Part shown: positions 33,745 to 46,655 of the stretch, one piece after another
Position numbering within the stretch: position 1 is the stretch's first letter
How the letters are laid out: each line of letters starts with the position of its first letter
Source: Rebecca billardiae RCC1528
Lineage: Eukaryota > Protista > Haptophyta
DNA length: 64,000 nt
NCBI GenBank assembly: GCA_965240325.2
Contig: OZ251223.1
Span: forward strand, 4,464,001 to 4,528,000
Direction of reading: 5' to 3'
Notes under the pieces: generated by a model
Databases searched by the model: none
Told to the model about the DNA's origin: nothing
The model's input: only the letters and a program-made list of their open reading frames with translations
Program-made: the position numbers and the translations under genes

Positions 33745-34307
33745 CCGCGCGATCCGCGCGGCTGGCCGCCCGCCAGCCCCCGCCTGCTCCCGGATTCGTC
33801 GCTGGCACACTCCGGTGTGAGAGCGCTGGGGCCTGGGCGAATGACCGCGGGGTGACCGTGCCGCGGCGTACGACTCACATCTGCGCGACGGTCGGTGCGC
33901 CTGAGCCTGACGATGGACCCTGATGCATGATATGATGCGGCGACGACAACGGACGGTCCATGAAACTCATGAGCAAGGCCGTCGTTGCCGTCCGACACGA
34001 TCGCTGGCAGGCGACTCTGACAAAAACTAGTCAATAGGCCCTGCGGCATCAGTCGTCGCTCGGCACGGAGCCCAACCGCGGCAACCGTTCCGCCCCGGGC
34101 ATTCGCGAACCAACCTGCTGGTCCGGCAGAGAGATTCGACGACGACGTTCAGAAGCCTTGACGACGTTTCACCGCTCGAAGTAACGACGACGGCCGGCTT
34201 CGTGCCTATGATAAAAATCACATCACGCACGGTTTCGGATCGCTCCCCGCTTTTCTTGCTGATCGGTCGGGGGAACCAAGGAGTGCGGTGCAGCCGCAGG
34301 GCGGCCC

Positions 34308-36676
34308 ATGGCGAGCGAGCGCCAGGGCGTGATGGGCGTGCGCGACACGGACCCCGCGAGAGCGTCACTTCCGCCCATCAAGGCGCCGGCGGTGACGCCG
34401 CCGGGCTCAGTGCCGGGCTCCGCCCAGTTGCGTGCGACCGAGAGCGCGTTGAGCGTCGAGCCGCTCTCCCTCCGCAGCAGCATGGGTGCGGCCGAGCCGG
34501 GCGCCAAGCCGCCCGCGCGCTTCGAGCGCGGCTTCACGGTCGTGCGCACCACCGACGAGCCGGCCGAGCACGGCTCGGCCGACGGCAAGGCGCTGTCGGA
34601 GATGGACCGCAAGCGCGCGGCGCTGATGCTCAAGCGCAGCAAGGTGATCTCCGAGCTGGCCAACGTGGACCTGGCGGAGGTCGCCAAGCTGCTGCGCGCG
34701 ATCGACTTCGACTCGGGCACGGTGGTGGTGCGCGAGGGCGACTGGGGCAACTGCTGCTACATCGTCGACGTGGGCGAGCTCGACGTCTTCCTCGGCGCGG
34801 GCGCGGGCGCCACCAAGAACCCGACCGGCAAGATCTCGCCGGGCGAGCTGTTTGGCGAGCTGGGCGCGCTGTACGAGTGCAGGCGCACGGCGACCGTGGT
34901 GGCGCGCACCAAGGTGCGCGCGTGGAAGCTGCGCCACGCCGACCTCACGCGCGTGATCCGCGCGGACGCCGTGCTCAACCGGCGCGCCATCTTCGAGATG
35001 CTGCGCGAGGCGCCCTCCTTCCAGTCGCTCGACGAGAAGGCCGTCTCGAAGATTGCGGACGCGTGCGAGCACGCAAACTTCCCGTCGGGCGCCAACATCG
35101 TCGCCGAGGGGCAGGAGGGCGACGCGATGTACATCGTGAAGGCGGGGACCGTGCTCGTGACGCAGGACAAGGGCAAGGAGCAGAAGCCCGGCGTCGTCTC
35201 GGGCGCGCCCGTCTCGCGCGCGTCCAAGCGCTCGGTGCTGTGCCGCGTGATCGGCGCGGGCGGCTACTTTGGCGAGCGCGCGCTCATCACCAACGAGCCG
35301 CGCACCGCCACCGTGCAGGCGGCGAGCGACGTGGAGTGCCTGGTGATCAAGCGCGACCGCTTCCAGCAGATGCTCGGCCCGTACCACCGCTTCTTCAAGG
35401 AGCAGATGCACGCGATCGTCGAGGCGGACGCGGCCGCGGAGGCGGCGGAGGCGGGCGGCGGCCGCGGATCGGGCGGCGAGGCGGGGCTGTCGCGCGCGGC
35501 CGCGCTCGCCGCGCTCGCGCCGCCGTACAAGGAGCTCAAGGTGCTCAAGCCGCTCGGCGTGGGCACCTTCGCCGCGGTGGCGCTGGTCGAGCACGCGCGC
35601 ACGCAGCGGCTCTACGCGCTCAAGATGGTCTCGCGCGTCGCCGTCAAGAAGGGCGTGGACGAGCAGCGGCTGCTCAACGAGCGCGAGGCGATGCTGGCCG
35701 CGCAGCCGCACCCGTGCGTGCTCGGGCTGCACGGCACCTACCAGGACCCGCACACGTACTACCTGCTGCTCGAGCCGTGCATCGGCGGCGAGCTGTACTC
35801 GCTCATCCGCGAGGCGGGCGCGCTGCAGCCGCCGCACGCGCGCTTCTACGCCGCCGCCGCCGCGCTCGCGCTGCAGCGCGTGCACCAGTGCTCGCACGTG
35901 TTCCGCGACCTCAAGCCGGAGAACCTGATGCTGGACGCGCAGGGCTACCCGCGCCTGTGCGACTTTGGGCTGGCGAAGCGGCTGGACGGCGAGGCGCGCG
36001 CGTACTCGTCGGTGGGCACGCTCGAGTACATGGCGCCCGAGGTGAGCGCGCCCCGCCCCGCGCGCCGCGCCGCGCCGTGCCGCCGCTGACGCGCCCCGCC
36101 CCCGCCCCCCTCTCCTGTGTGTGTCTCCTGCGTGTGCGCTCGTTGGTGTGTGCGCTCGTTGGTGCGCAGGTGCTGCGCCGCACGGGGCACACGACGGCCG
36201 CAGACTGGTGGTCGTTCGGCGTGCTCATCTTCGAGATGCTCGTCGGGCGCACGCCCTTCGTCGCCAAGCCGGCGCAGCGCACCGAGAGCGAGGCGGACGC
36301 GATGGCGCTGATGACCGACATCCTCGCGGGCAACGTGCGCTGGCCCGAGCGCCACGAGCCGCAGCTCGACGGCAGCGCGCGCGACCTGGTGAGCCGGCTG
36401 CTGCGGCCAGACGTGACGGAGCGGCTCGGCCACGGCGGCGCGGGCGTGGCCGACATCATCGAGCACCCGTGGTTCGCGGGCTTCGACTTCCGCTCCATCC
36501 CGATGCGCACGAGCGTGCCGCCGTACCGGCCCGAGCTCTCCGGGCCGACCGACACGTCGTGGTTCAGCGTGGACGTCGCCGACTTTGCGCGCAAGATCAA
36601 GACAGACAAAGGCTCGCCGGAAGGGCGCGCGCGCCGCTCGTCGACGCTCAACTCGTCGCAGATCCGCCCGTGGTGA
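34308..36676 (+). CDS. cGMP-dependent protein kinase-like (2 cNMP domains + AGC kinase); intron 36042-36169
   Basis: Phosphate-binding cassettes 'FGELGALYECRRTATV' and 'FGERALITNEPRTATV' (Thr favours cGMP); kinase motifs 'LGVGTF', 'ALK', 'RDLKPEN', 'DFG', 'GTLEYMAPE|V', 'DWWSFG', AGC tail 'PPYRP....TDTSWF'. Confidence 0.92.
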
Positions 36677-37604
36677 CCGGCCGGCCGCGTGCCGCCGTCC
36701 TGGTGCTCGCCCACCGGCGCCGCAGCCCGCAGCATCACAGCATCCTTGTCGAGGCGCACCACTTTGATGACCGTGGTCCGTGCACGACGTGGTCACATAT
36801 GGCTTATTGGCGGCGGTGACCGGATCACGCCGCGCCTGCGCGCCGCCTGATTACGACTGCTGACGCCGCCTTAAGTTTGTCCCGTGTCGCATGCAATGTT
36901 GTTGAGCGCAGTGTATATATATATATAGTTATTGTTCGTCGACTACTCGTCTGCTATATCGATTATTATAATTCCGGGCGGATGCAGCGCGCAAAATGCA
37001 TATACACATATGCTGGGCATGCGCTGCCTGCGTGGCCAGGCCAAGATGCTCATCGCCCGCGCGCGCATGGCGCACGTGCGCCCGGGGGCACGCGCCCGCG
37101 GGGGCGCTGCATACGACGACTACTTCGAGACGACGGCTGACGACGCGTGGCACCGCGACCACCGCGGTGGCGCGTGCGCGTCGACGCCAGACGGTGCGTC
37201 GAGCTTCCGCTCGGCGATGGAGTGATGGGCGACTATGAGGGGGGGGGGACGACGGCGAGGAGCGCTGATCCTGGTGTTTGTCTCTGCTGCTCGATCTGCT
37301 GCTACAGCTTGCTGACTCTGACGCCTGCCCGTTGCATACCACGTCGTTAATGGCGGGCCGTAGGTCCGCCCCTTGTAGTGCCCGGGAAAAAGATAAGAAA
37401 AAGAAAAAGAAAAAAGAAAATCGCCTCGCAGAGAAAAGAAAATCGCCTCGCTCACTGCCAGGTCGCTTCGCTCACTACCGGGCGCCCTCGCAGCTCCCAC
37501 TGGGGACGCTCGGCCGAAAACCATCTGCGGCCTGGCGCGGAGCGCGTGGGCGGCGCGCGCCAAATCCAACGCTAGCGCGGACATCGTGAGGGGATTCCCG
37601 AACG

Positions 37605-39275
37605 GTGTTTTCGCCCGATTCGCGATTGCTGCCCTCGTCGTCTCGCGTGCAGGTCGAACGGGGGCTAAATCGACGCGTTGGAGCGGTACGCTCGGCGCGT
37701 CGACACGATCGTGCGACCTGGGGCGATCCTCGCCCGACGTGCACGTCGAGCGCTCGCACGGGCCATAGCATCATGCGCTGCGCAAGACAACCACCTCGCA
37801 CGATCCACCGTCGCGCGTCGGGCTCGGTGCGGAAACGCATTCATCACGAGGCGTCTCGCGGGCGGGAAGCGCCATCGCACGCGACGCAAGCTTTGGCGCG
37901 GCCTTCTGAACACCATAACCGGAATGCACACACCGGACTGTCGTCGCGTGACCCGGTTGGCAAGGTCGGGCGCATGCAAATCCGTTTGCTACGGTCGGTG
38001 GTGTTCCAGAGCGAGCGATCATCTTTCATCTTTCACGCTCGCGAGCTCGCGGCCAAGGATCGCTTGGCGCTCGAGGACCCACGTCCGGCCTGCATGGCGT
38101 CGACGGTGGCCAATGCGACGGAGGGGCAGCGCGAAGCGGCGTACGACGCGCACCGCACGCACCTGCCGGGTCTGCCGCCGTGGCAGGAACCGCGTCTTCG
38201 CGAGTCGGCGACTGAGGCGACAGCGCGCTATCACCGATCCCAGGGGCGCATTCGCGACGAGCTGAAACGTCGCGCGTGCAAGATCGCCGCACCATCCTTG
38301 CCCATGGCACGGGCGCTGCGGGACGAGGCCGACGTCGTGAAGCCAGTGGCACATGCGCTGCGCTTCGTGTGCCTGCTCGAGCAGCGCGTGCCCACCGTCG
38401 ATCGCGAGTGGCACACGCTCTCGCACTGCGCGCGCGTACACCGCCAACAGCTCCTGATACCGCCGCACGTGCGAGTGCCGGACCTGTCGCGCGGAGCGGC
38501 GAGCGCCGACGAGCGCTTGGACCTGGACGCGCTGTTGCGCAGCGTGGCGGCCGTGCACGACGCCGACGCGACCTTCGCCGAGCCCATCGTGCCCGGAGCG
38601 GACATTGGCATCCTGGCGACACACGATCTCAGCTGGCGACACGAGGAGATGCTCACGATCTCCTCTGGCGGATTCGTCGGCGGCGAGGCGCTCGACTACG
38701 TCATCGCGGTCGAGATGCGGCACATGCAGCGCGTACGCGAGCTCGCGCGAAGCCACGGGCTGCCCGTCCCGCCCCGCGTGCTGCACGTTCCCTCGTGGGT
38801 GTGGACCTTGCTCATGGGCGCGGGCGTGTACGCGTGGGAGAAGGTGGCCGACATCTTTGCGCTCTTCGACCTGAACGAGTACGACGTGCTCTCCTTCATC
38901 ATCAACCAGGACGGCAACCACTGGGCGCAGGGGGTCGTCGACTTGCGGCGCGAGATCATCGAGTACCGCGAGCCCCTGGGCGGAGGCGACATGATCGGCT
39001 TCGTTTCGAACGTGCAGCTGCTGCTCGCCGACGCGCAAGAGACAGAGAGACAGAAATCGGTAGGATGCACTGAACATCACACTCCGGCCGCCACAACTTG
39101 AACTGTTTTCGTGTTTAGCTCCAAGGACAAACCGTCACCGTCAGGCGCACACGGGCACGCCGCCGTCGCACGCCAATCAGTTGGCAGTGCGTGCGCGCAG
39201 TCGCCAAGGCTCGGCACGATGACGAGTAGCATCACAGTGGGTGCAGGAATACACGCGCAATCACACTGTCGCTGA
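37605..39275 (+). pseudogene. Ulp1/C48 SUMO-protease-like ORF in unit 1, interrupted by an in-frame TGA at 39099-39101
   Basis: 'GGFVGGEALDYVI', 'LSFIINQDGNHWAQGVVDLRREIIEYREPLG'; after the TGA the same frame reads 'TVFVF...ARQSVGSAC', matching Q-x5-C oxyanion/catalytic spacing. Confidence 0.65.
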
Positions 39276-39731
39276 GCTCGCACCAGAGTCATCTGTCGCG
39301 TTATTATTCGTCAGTGAGTCGGGTAGCTCACAATCATCTCGGTATGATGTCGCATTGTTATTCGTAGTCATCCTGCCCGTCAAACCGCTATAAATAAAAG
39401 GCGCGAACCCGCTGGGGAAATATTGCGACAGCACTGGCACGGCCCGCCGACCCCCCCGCCCGCCAGGGCTGAGTTTATGGCGGGCCGTAGGTCCGCCCCT
39501 TGTAGTGCCCGGGAAAAAGATAAGAAAAAGAAAAAGAAAAAAGAAAATCGCCTCGCAGAGAAAAGAAAATCGCCTCGCTCACTGCCAGGTCGCTTCGCTC
39601 ACTACCGGGCGCCCTCGCAGCTCCCACTGGGGACGCTCGGCCGAAAACCATCTGCGGCCTGGCGCGGAGCGCGTGGGCGGCGCGCGCCAAATCCAACGCT
39701 AGCGCGGACATCGTGAGGGGATTCCCGAACG

Positions 39732-41402
39732 GTGTTTTCGCCCGATTCGCGATTGCTGCCCTCGTCGTCTCGCGTGCAGGTCGAACGGGGGCTAAATCGA
39801 CGCGTTGGAGCGGTACGCTCGGCGCGTCGACACGATCGTGCGACCTGGGGCGATCCTCGCCCGACGTGCACGTCGAGCGCTCGCACGGGCCATAGCATCA
39901 TGCGCTGCGCAAGACAACCACCTCGCACGATCCACCGTCGCGCGTCGGGCTCGGTGCGGAAACGCATTCATCACGAGGCGTCTCGCGGGCGGGAAGCGCC
40001 ATCGCACGCGACGCAAGCTTTGGCGCGGCCTTCTGAACACCATAACCGGAATGCACACACCGGACTGTCGTCGCGTGACCCGGTTGGCAAGGTCGGGCGC
40101 ATGCAAATCCGTTTGCTACGGTCGGTGGTGTTCCAGAGCGAGCGATCATCTTTCATCTTTCACGCTCGCGAGCTCGCGGCCAAGGATCGCTTGGCGCTCG
40201 AGGACCCACGTCCGGCCTGCATGGCGTCGACGGTGGCCAATGCGACGGAGGGGCAGCGCGAAGCGGCGTACGACGCGCACCGCACGCACCTGCCGGGTCT
40301 GCCGCCGTGGCAGGAACCGCGTCTTCGCGAGTCGGCGACTGAGGCGACAGCGCGCTATCACCGATCCCAGGGGCGCATTCGCGACGAGCTGAAACGTCGC
40401 GCGTGCAAGATCGCCGCACCATCCTTGCCCATGGCACGGGCGCTGCGGGACGAGGCCGACGTCGTGAAGCCAGTGGCACATGCGCTGCGCTTCGTGTGCC
40501 TGCTCGAGCAGCGCGTGCCCACCGTCGATCGCGAGTGGCACACGCTCTCGCACTGCGCGCGCGTACACCGCCAACAGCTCCTGATACCGCCGCACGTGCG
40601 AGTGCCGGACCTGTCGCGCGGAGCGGCGAGCGCCGACGAGCGCTTGGACCTGGACGCGCTGTTGCGCAGCGTGGCGGCCGTGCACGACGCCGACGCGACC
40701 TTCGCCGAGCCCATCGTGCCCGGAGCGGACATTGGCATCCTGGCGACACACGATCTCAGCTGGCGACACGAGGAGATGCTCACGATCTCCTCTGGCGGAT
40801 TCGTCGGCGGCGAGGCGCTCGACTACGTCATCGCGGTCGAGATGCGGCACATGCAGCGCGTACGCGAGCTCGCGCGAAGCCACGGGCTGCCCGTCCCGCC
40901 CCGCGTGCTGCACGTTCCCTCGTGGGTGTGGACCTTGCTCATGGGCGCGGGCGTGTACGCGTGGGAGAAGGTGGCCGACATCTTTGCGCTCTTCGACCTG
41001 AACGAGTACGACGTGCTCTCCTTCATCATCAACCAGGACGGCAACCACTGGGCGCAGGGGGTCGTCGACTTGCGGCGCGAGATCATCGAGTACCGCGAGC
41101 CCCTGGGCGGAGGCGACATGATCGGCTTCGTTTCGAACGTGCAGCTGCTGCTCGCCGACGCGCAAGAGACAGAGAGACAGAAATCGGTAGGATGCACTGA
41201 ACATCACACTCCGGCCGCCACAACTTGAACTGTTTTCGTGTTTAGCTCCAAGGACAAACCGTCACCGTCAGGCGCACACGGGCACGCCGCCGTCGCACGC
41301 CAATCAGTTGGCAGTGCGTGCGCGCAGTCGCCAAGGCTCGGCACGATGACGAGTAGCATCACAGTGGGTGCAGGAATACACGCGCAATCACACTGTCGCT
41401 GA
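39732..41402 (+). pseudogene. Ulp1/C48 protease-like ORF, unit 2 (same translation as unit 1)
   Basis: Same sequence offset by 2127 bp. Confidence 0.65.
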
Positions 41403-41858
41403 GCTCGCACCAGAGTCATCTGTCGCGTTATTATTCGTCAGTGAGTCGGGTAGCTCACAATCATCTCGGTATGATGTCGCATTGTTATTCGTAGTCATCC
41501 TGCCCGTCAAACCGCTATAAATAAAAGGCGCGAACCCGCTGGGGAAATATTGCGACAGCACTGGCACGGCCCGCCGACCCCCCCGCCCGCCAGGGCTGAG
41601 TTTATGGCGGGCCGTAGGTCCGCCCCTTGTAGTGCCCGGGAAAAAGATAAGAAAAAGAAAAAGAAAAAAGAAAATCGCCTCGCAGAGAAAAGAAAATCGC
41701 CTCGCTCACTGCCAGGTCGCTTCGCTCACTACCGGGCGCCCTCGCAGCTCCCACTGGGGACGCTCGGCCGAAAACCATCTGCGGCCTGGCGCGGAGCGCG
41801 TGGGCGGCGCGCGCCAAATCCAACGCTAGCGCGGACATCGTGAGGGGATTCCCGAACG

Positions 41859-43529
41859 GTGTTTTCGCCCGATTCGCGATTGCTGCCCTCGTCGTCTCGC
41901 GTGCAGGTCGAACGGGGGCTAAATCGACGCGTTGGAGCGGTACGCTCGGCGCGTCGACACGATCGTGCGACCTGGGGCGATCCTCGCCCGACGTGCACGT
42001 CGAGCGCTCGCACGGGCCATAGCATCATGCGCTGCGCAAGACAACCACCTCGCACGATCCACCGTCGCGCGTCGGGCTCGGTGCGGAAACGCATTCATCA
42101 CGAGGCGTCTCGCGGGCGGGAAGCGCCATCGCACGCGACGCAAGCTTTGGCGCGGCCTTCTGAACACCATAACCGGAATGCACACACCGGACTGTCGTCG
42201 CGTGACCCGGTTGGCAAGGTCGGGCGCATGCAAATCCGTTTGCTACGGTCGGTGGTGTTCCAGAGCGAGCGATCATCTTTCATCTTTCACGCTCGCGAGC
42301 TCGCGGCCAAGGATCGCTTGGCGCTCGAGGACCCACGTCCGGCCTGCATGGCGTCGACGGTGGCCAATGCGACGGAGGGGCAGCGCGAAGCGGCGTACGA
42401 CGCGCACCGCACGCACCTGCCGGGTCTGCCGCCGTGGCAGGAACCGCGTCTTCGCGAGTCGGCGACTGAGGCGACAGCGCGCTATCACCGATCCCAGGGG
42501 CGCATTCGCGACGAGCTGAAACGTCGCGCGTGCAAGATCGCCGCACCATCCTTGCCCATGGCACGGGCGCTGCGGGACGAGGCCGACGTCGTGAAGCCAG
42601 TGGCACATGCGCTGCGCTTCGTGTGCCTGCTCGAGCAGCGCGTGCCCACCGTCGATCGCGAGTGGCACACGCTCTCGCACTGCGCGCGCGTACACCGCCA
42701 ACAGCTCCTGATACCGCCGCACGTGCGAGTGCCGGACCTGTCGCGCGGAGCGGCGAGCGCCGACGAGCGCTTGGACCTGGACGCGCTGTTGCGCAGCGTG
42801 GCGGCCGTGCACGACGCCGACGCGACCTTCGCCGAGCCCATCGTGCCCGGAGCGGACATTGGCATCCTGGCGACACACGATCTCAGCTGGCGACACGAGG
42901 AGATGCTCACGATCTCCTCTGGCGGATTCGTCGGCGGCGAGGCGCTCGACTACGTCATCGCGGTCGAGATGCGGCACATGCAGCGCGTACGCGAGCTCGC
43001 GCGAAGCCACGGGCTGCCCGTCCCGCCCCGCGTGCTGCACGTTCCCTCGTGGGTGTGGACCTTGCTCATGGGCGCGGGCGTGTACGCGTGGGAGAAGGTG
43101 GCCGACATCTTTGCGCTCTTCGACCTGAACGAGTACGACGTGCTCTCCTTCATCATCAACCAGGACGGCAACCACTGGGCGCAGGGGGTCGTCGACTTGC
43201 GGCGCGAGATCATCGAGTACCGCGAGCCCCTGGGCGGAGGCGACATGATCGGCTTCGTTTCGAACGTGCAGCTGCTGCTCGCCGACGCGCAAGAGACAGA
43301 GAGACAGAAATCGGTAGGATGCACTGAACATCACACTCCGGCCGCCACAACTTGAACTGTTTTCGTGTTTAGCTCCAAGGACAAACCGTCACCGTCAGGC
43401 GCACACGGGCACGCCGCCGTCGCACGCCAATCAGTTGGCAGTGCGTGCGCGCAGTCGCCAAGGCTCGGCACGATGACGAGTAGCATCACAGTGGGTGCAG
43501 GAATACACGCGCAATCACACTGTCGCTGA
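41859..43529 (+). pseudogene. Ulp1/C48 protease-like ORF, unit 3 (same translation as unit 1)
   Basis: Same sequence offset by 4254 bp. Confidence 0.65.
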
Positions 43530-43741
43530 GCTCGCACCAGAGTCATCTGTCGCGTTATTATTCGTCAGTGAGTCGGGTAGCTCACAATCATCTCGGTATG
43601 ATGTCGCATTGTTATTCGTAGTCATCCTGCCCGTCAAACCGCTATAAATAAAAGGCGCGAACCCGCTGGGGAAATATTGCGACAGCACTGGCACGGCCCG
43701 CCGACCCCCCCGCCCGCCAGGGCTGAGTTTATATATATGTG

Positions 43742-45703
43742 TAAACTTTTCTGAGGATAGCGCACCAGCAAAATCCCTTGACCGCCATCCGGATTTTACG
43801 GAGGCCGCGTTTGGACGCAGAAACGCGCGATGGCGAGGCCCGCCCTCGCACCACCGCTCTCGCGAGATCGCGACCGTGCGACCTGCGGCGTTGCGCTCGA
43901 CGCGCTCTTTCTGCTCGGAGGCCGCGAGGTCTCCCAGGTGCGCCAGATCGCGAGCGCGCACCTTCCTCCTCGCCGCGCTCGCCGAGCACGAGCCGATCTG
44001 CAGCAGATGTGCAAGGAGCCGCATTGGCCGTGCTCGCGCGCGCGCGGCACGGGCGACACAAAATTTGTTTAGCGGGACCTTTGCACGCATTCCATTCTTT
44101 GATGATGGTACCCTTGAGCCCCGGACTAGGTCCCGCTAAACGCTTTCGCTCCTCGCCGTTGCGTGCACGCGCAAAGGAGCACTGCAAAGGGTGCGACTGG
44201 GAGCATTCCTTCTCCCGGGCGGCCACCACGGCCTCGGAGGTGGTGAGGAACGCGTCGGCGACCACGGCGTGGACCACCTCCGTCGCGCCGGACACTCCGG
44301 TCGCCCCTCGCCGGACTCCATCCTCGCTGCGCGCTGACCGTTTGCCGAGCGGGCTGCCCCCGCCGCCTGCCCGGCGTGTGCCCGCGTGGTGACACAAGAT
44401 GGTCGAAGGCGTGGCAGCGCGGTGGTGCGTGCGATCGGGGGACCCCACCTGAGCTACGACACGGGCGCGCGCGCTCATCCGTGCTCATCACGGTGGTGCA
44501 CGCGCGCGTCGCGCGCTCGTCGGCTGTCGCGCGCTGACGGCTGGGCTGCTTTGGGGTGTCGGCGGCGGCCACAGCTCGCTGGTACGGGCGCGATGGTGGC
44601 TGCGAGTGGTACGCGGCGTTGCACCAGGTCCATGTGCGTCACGCACGACGCTCGGCCGGCTCGCCCTCGGACCATTGGCTGAGTTCTACTCGCCGCGCGC
44701 GCCGCGCGCGGGAGCCGCTCGGCAGCTGCTCGAGGCGCAAAGTGCGCCCCGCGCGCTGAACGTGGGCACGACGAGGTGGTGCGGCGAGCGTGCGCGGGTG
44801 TGTGTGCGTGATGGGCACCCCCATTGCGCTACTTGCCATGCACATCTGCCTCTCGCCAAGCCTTCGACACGATTGCTGCAAGCGCTGCTCGGAGGCGCGC
44901 TCGCGGGCTCGCGCGCGTTTGAATCTGGGCTCGGCGGCGATCGCGTAGACGAGGGGCAGTGCGGTGCACGGTGGCGGAGCGCGTGCGGAGCGCAGCCTAC
45001 ACCTCCTACACGCTCCATCCAGACACATCGCGCATGCTCGCGCGACCTCCTCGGTCCATCACGTGCGCGTGCGCGCGCGAGCAGGTGTGCATTCGCCGGG
45101 CGCGTTCACGGCGCGCCGCGTTGGCGCGCGCGCACCGATACCCGTGCGCAGCTCGACGAGCGAGCGCGGTGTGTTTCGATGCGTATGGGGAGGCTCGAAT
45201 TTACGCGCGCGCACGCGCCGGCCCTCGCCGCCCCTTCGCTCGCCCACGCCTCATCTGCGCGCTCGGCGTTTGCACGCAGCTGCTCATCCTTTCCAACACG
45301 TGCACAAACGAGCAGATGGCGCTGGGCGAGGTCGATTGGTGCGTCAGATATTCGGCAACGACCAGCCCCGCTCGTGTGCCGCCGCTCGTGCTACTCTCGA
45401 CGACCACCTCTGGCTCGGTCGCGCGCACGAGGCTGCTCGCGGCCCCAATCGTGCCGTGTACCGTCAAGCTGTACCGTGCGCAGCGAGGCGCACTCAGACG
45501 TCGGCATGGGCTCGCATGCGAGGGCCCGGCAGTGCGACGCGTCGATGGAGCATGCTCCGGATACGCTTCGGCGCACTTCCCGACGCGCACGAGCCGCTCG
45601 AAGGCGCGGAAGGGCGCCCAAACGGGGCAACCGCCATTTTGCGCCACTTCGGCCGGATGGCGGTCAAGGGAAATTGCTGGTGCGCTATCCTCAGAAAAGT
45701 TTA
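43742..45703. mobile_element. ~1.96-kb non-autonomous DNA transposon with 51-bp TIRs (2 mismatches), TA at both ends
   Basis: TAAACTTTTCTGAGGATAGCGCACCAGCAAAATCCCTTGACCGCCATCCGG (43742-43792) and its reverse complement at 45653-45703; AT-rich flanks; no recognisable transposase. Confidence 0.85.
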
Positions 45704-46655
45704 ATCATATATCGTCATCATATATATATTTAACGACGTGGCAGCATCGGACAAGCGTCAGGCTCAGAGTGCAACAGACACATATATATTATTTATATAG
45801 TTATATTAAATATTATTATTATACGAGTATATGATGCGCTGCCCATGCAGCATTAATATTATCCGCGATGATCGACTCACACGGTTCTGTGTCACATCAT
45901 CAAGCCTTCCTCATCATCATCGTCGATCGTCGCGGTGCGATATGATGCGCTGCTGCCATCATCACCGTGTGCGAGCCTTCCTCAACGGAATCAGTGCGAG
46001 CCTATCTCATCGTCAGACTGGTCCCGGACGGCAATCGCGTCACCGCAGCATGCTCGAGGCCACTGATTCCGCGTTGATGGGCGGCACCGCCGTTAGCCAA
46101 TTAGGCTCGCGTACTATAACTACTACTACTAGGCAGTCGTACCGGTACAGCGCATGCATGCGCACTACTAAAACTGCGCGGCCGCCCGCGGGCAATGCAC
46201 TAGGTCGTAGTAGTACGGCGGTATACATCATCATATATATATGTGCACGTTCCGGGCCTCGTCTGATCAGCCGTGCCGCGTCTGGCGGGGCTGAGTCGAC
46301 TTGTCGACGGACGTCGCGGACGAGTGTCGTTCATTCATACTAGCGTTGAAGCCGCCGACGCCTGACTGCGCATCATGCCTGACCATTGACCCAGCCCGTT
46401 CTCATGCTGACAGTACAGCTACAGTACAGAGAGCAAGGCAGCTCAGGCAGCAGGCAGCATTTAGGTTCGTCAGCATGACCGATGACGACTGACGAGCACA
46501 CCAGGTCCAGTCACGTCGAACCACTGCTTGCTGCCTTGCTCACCAGTCGGAGTGGCACCGCCGCACCTCTTCGTCAGTCGTCACTTCCGGGAATTCGTAG
46601 AGTACCGCAGCGCTCGCCTTGGCGTGGCCGCGGGCGCTTCCCCGCCTCCCGCGAG

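Larger units (their letters stand above)
37350..43730 (+). mobile_element. Head-to-tail triplication of a 2127-bp Helentron/Helitron2-like non-autonomous element (units start at 37350, 39477, 41604)
   Basis: Identical ORF sets at a 2127-bp period; 5' ATGGCGGGCCGT with its subterminal reverse complement ACGGCCCGCC ~35 bp from the 3' end, inside CTGGC...GCCAG; units end in GAGTTT; no TSD. Confidence 0.75.

Noticed and set aside
12286-36676. Functional clustering of Arf with ArfGAP, or of the two cNMP proteins
   Set aside because: The genes are 18-30 kb apart with unrelated genes between them; consistent with chance in a gene-dense eukaryote.
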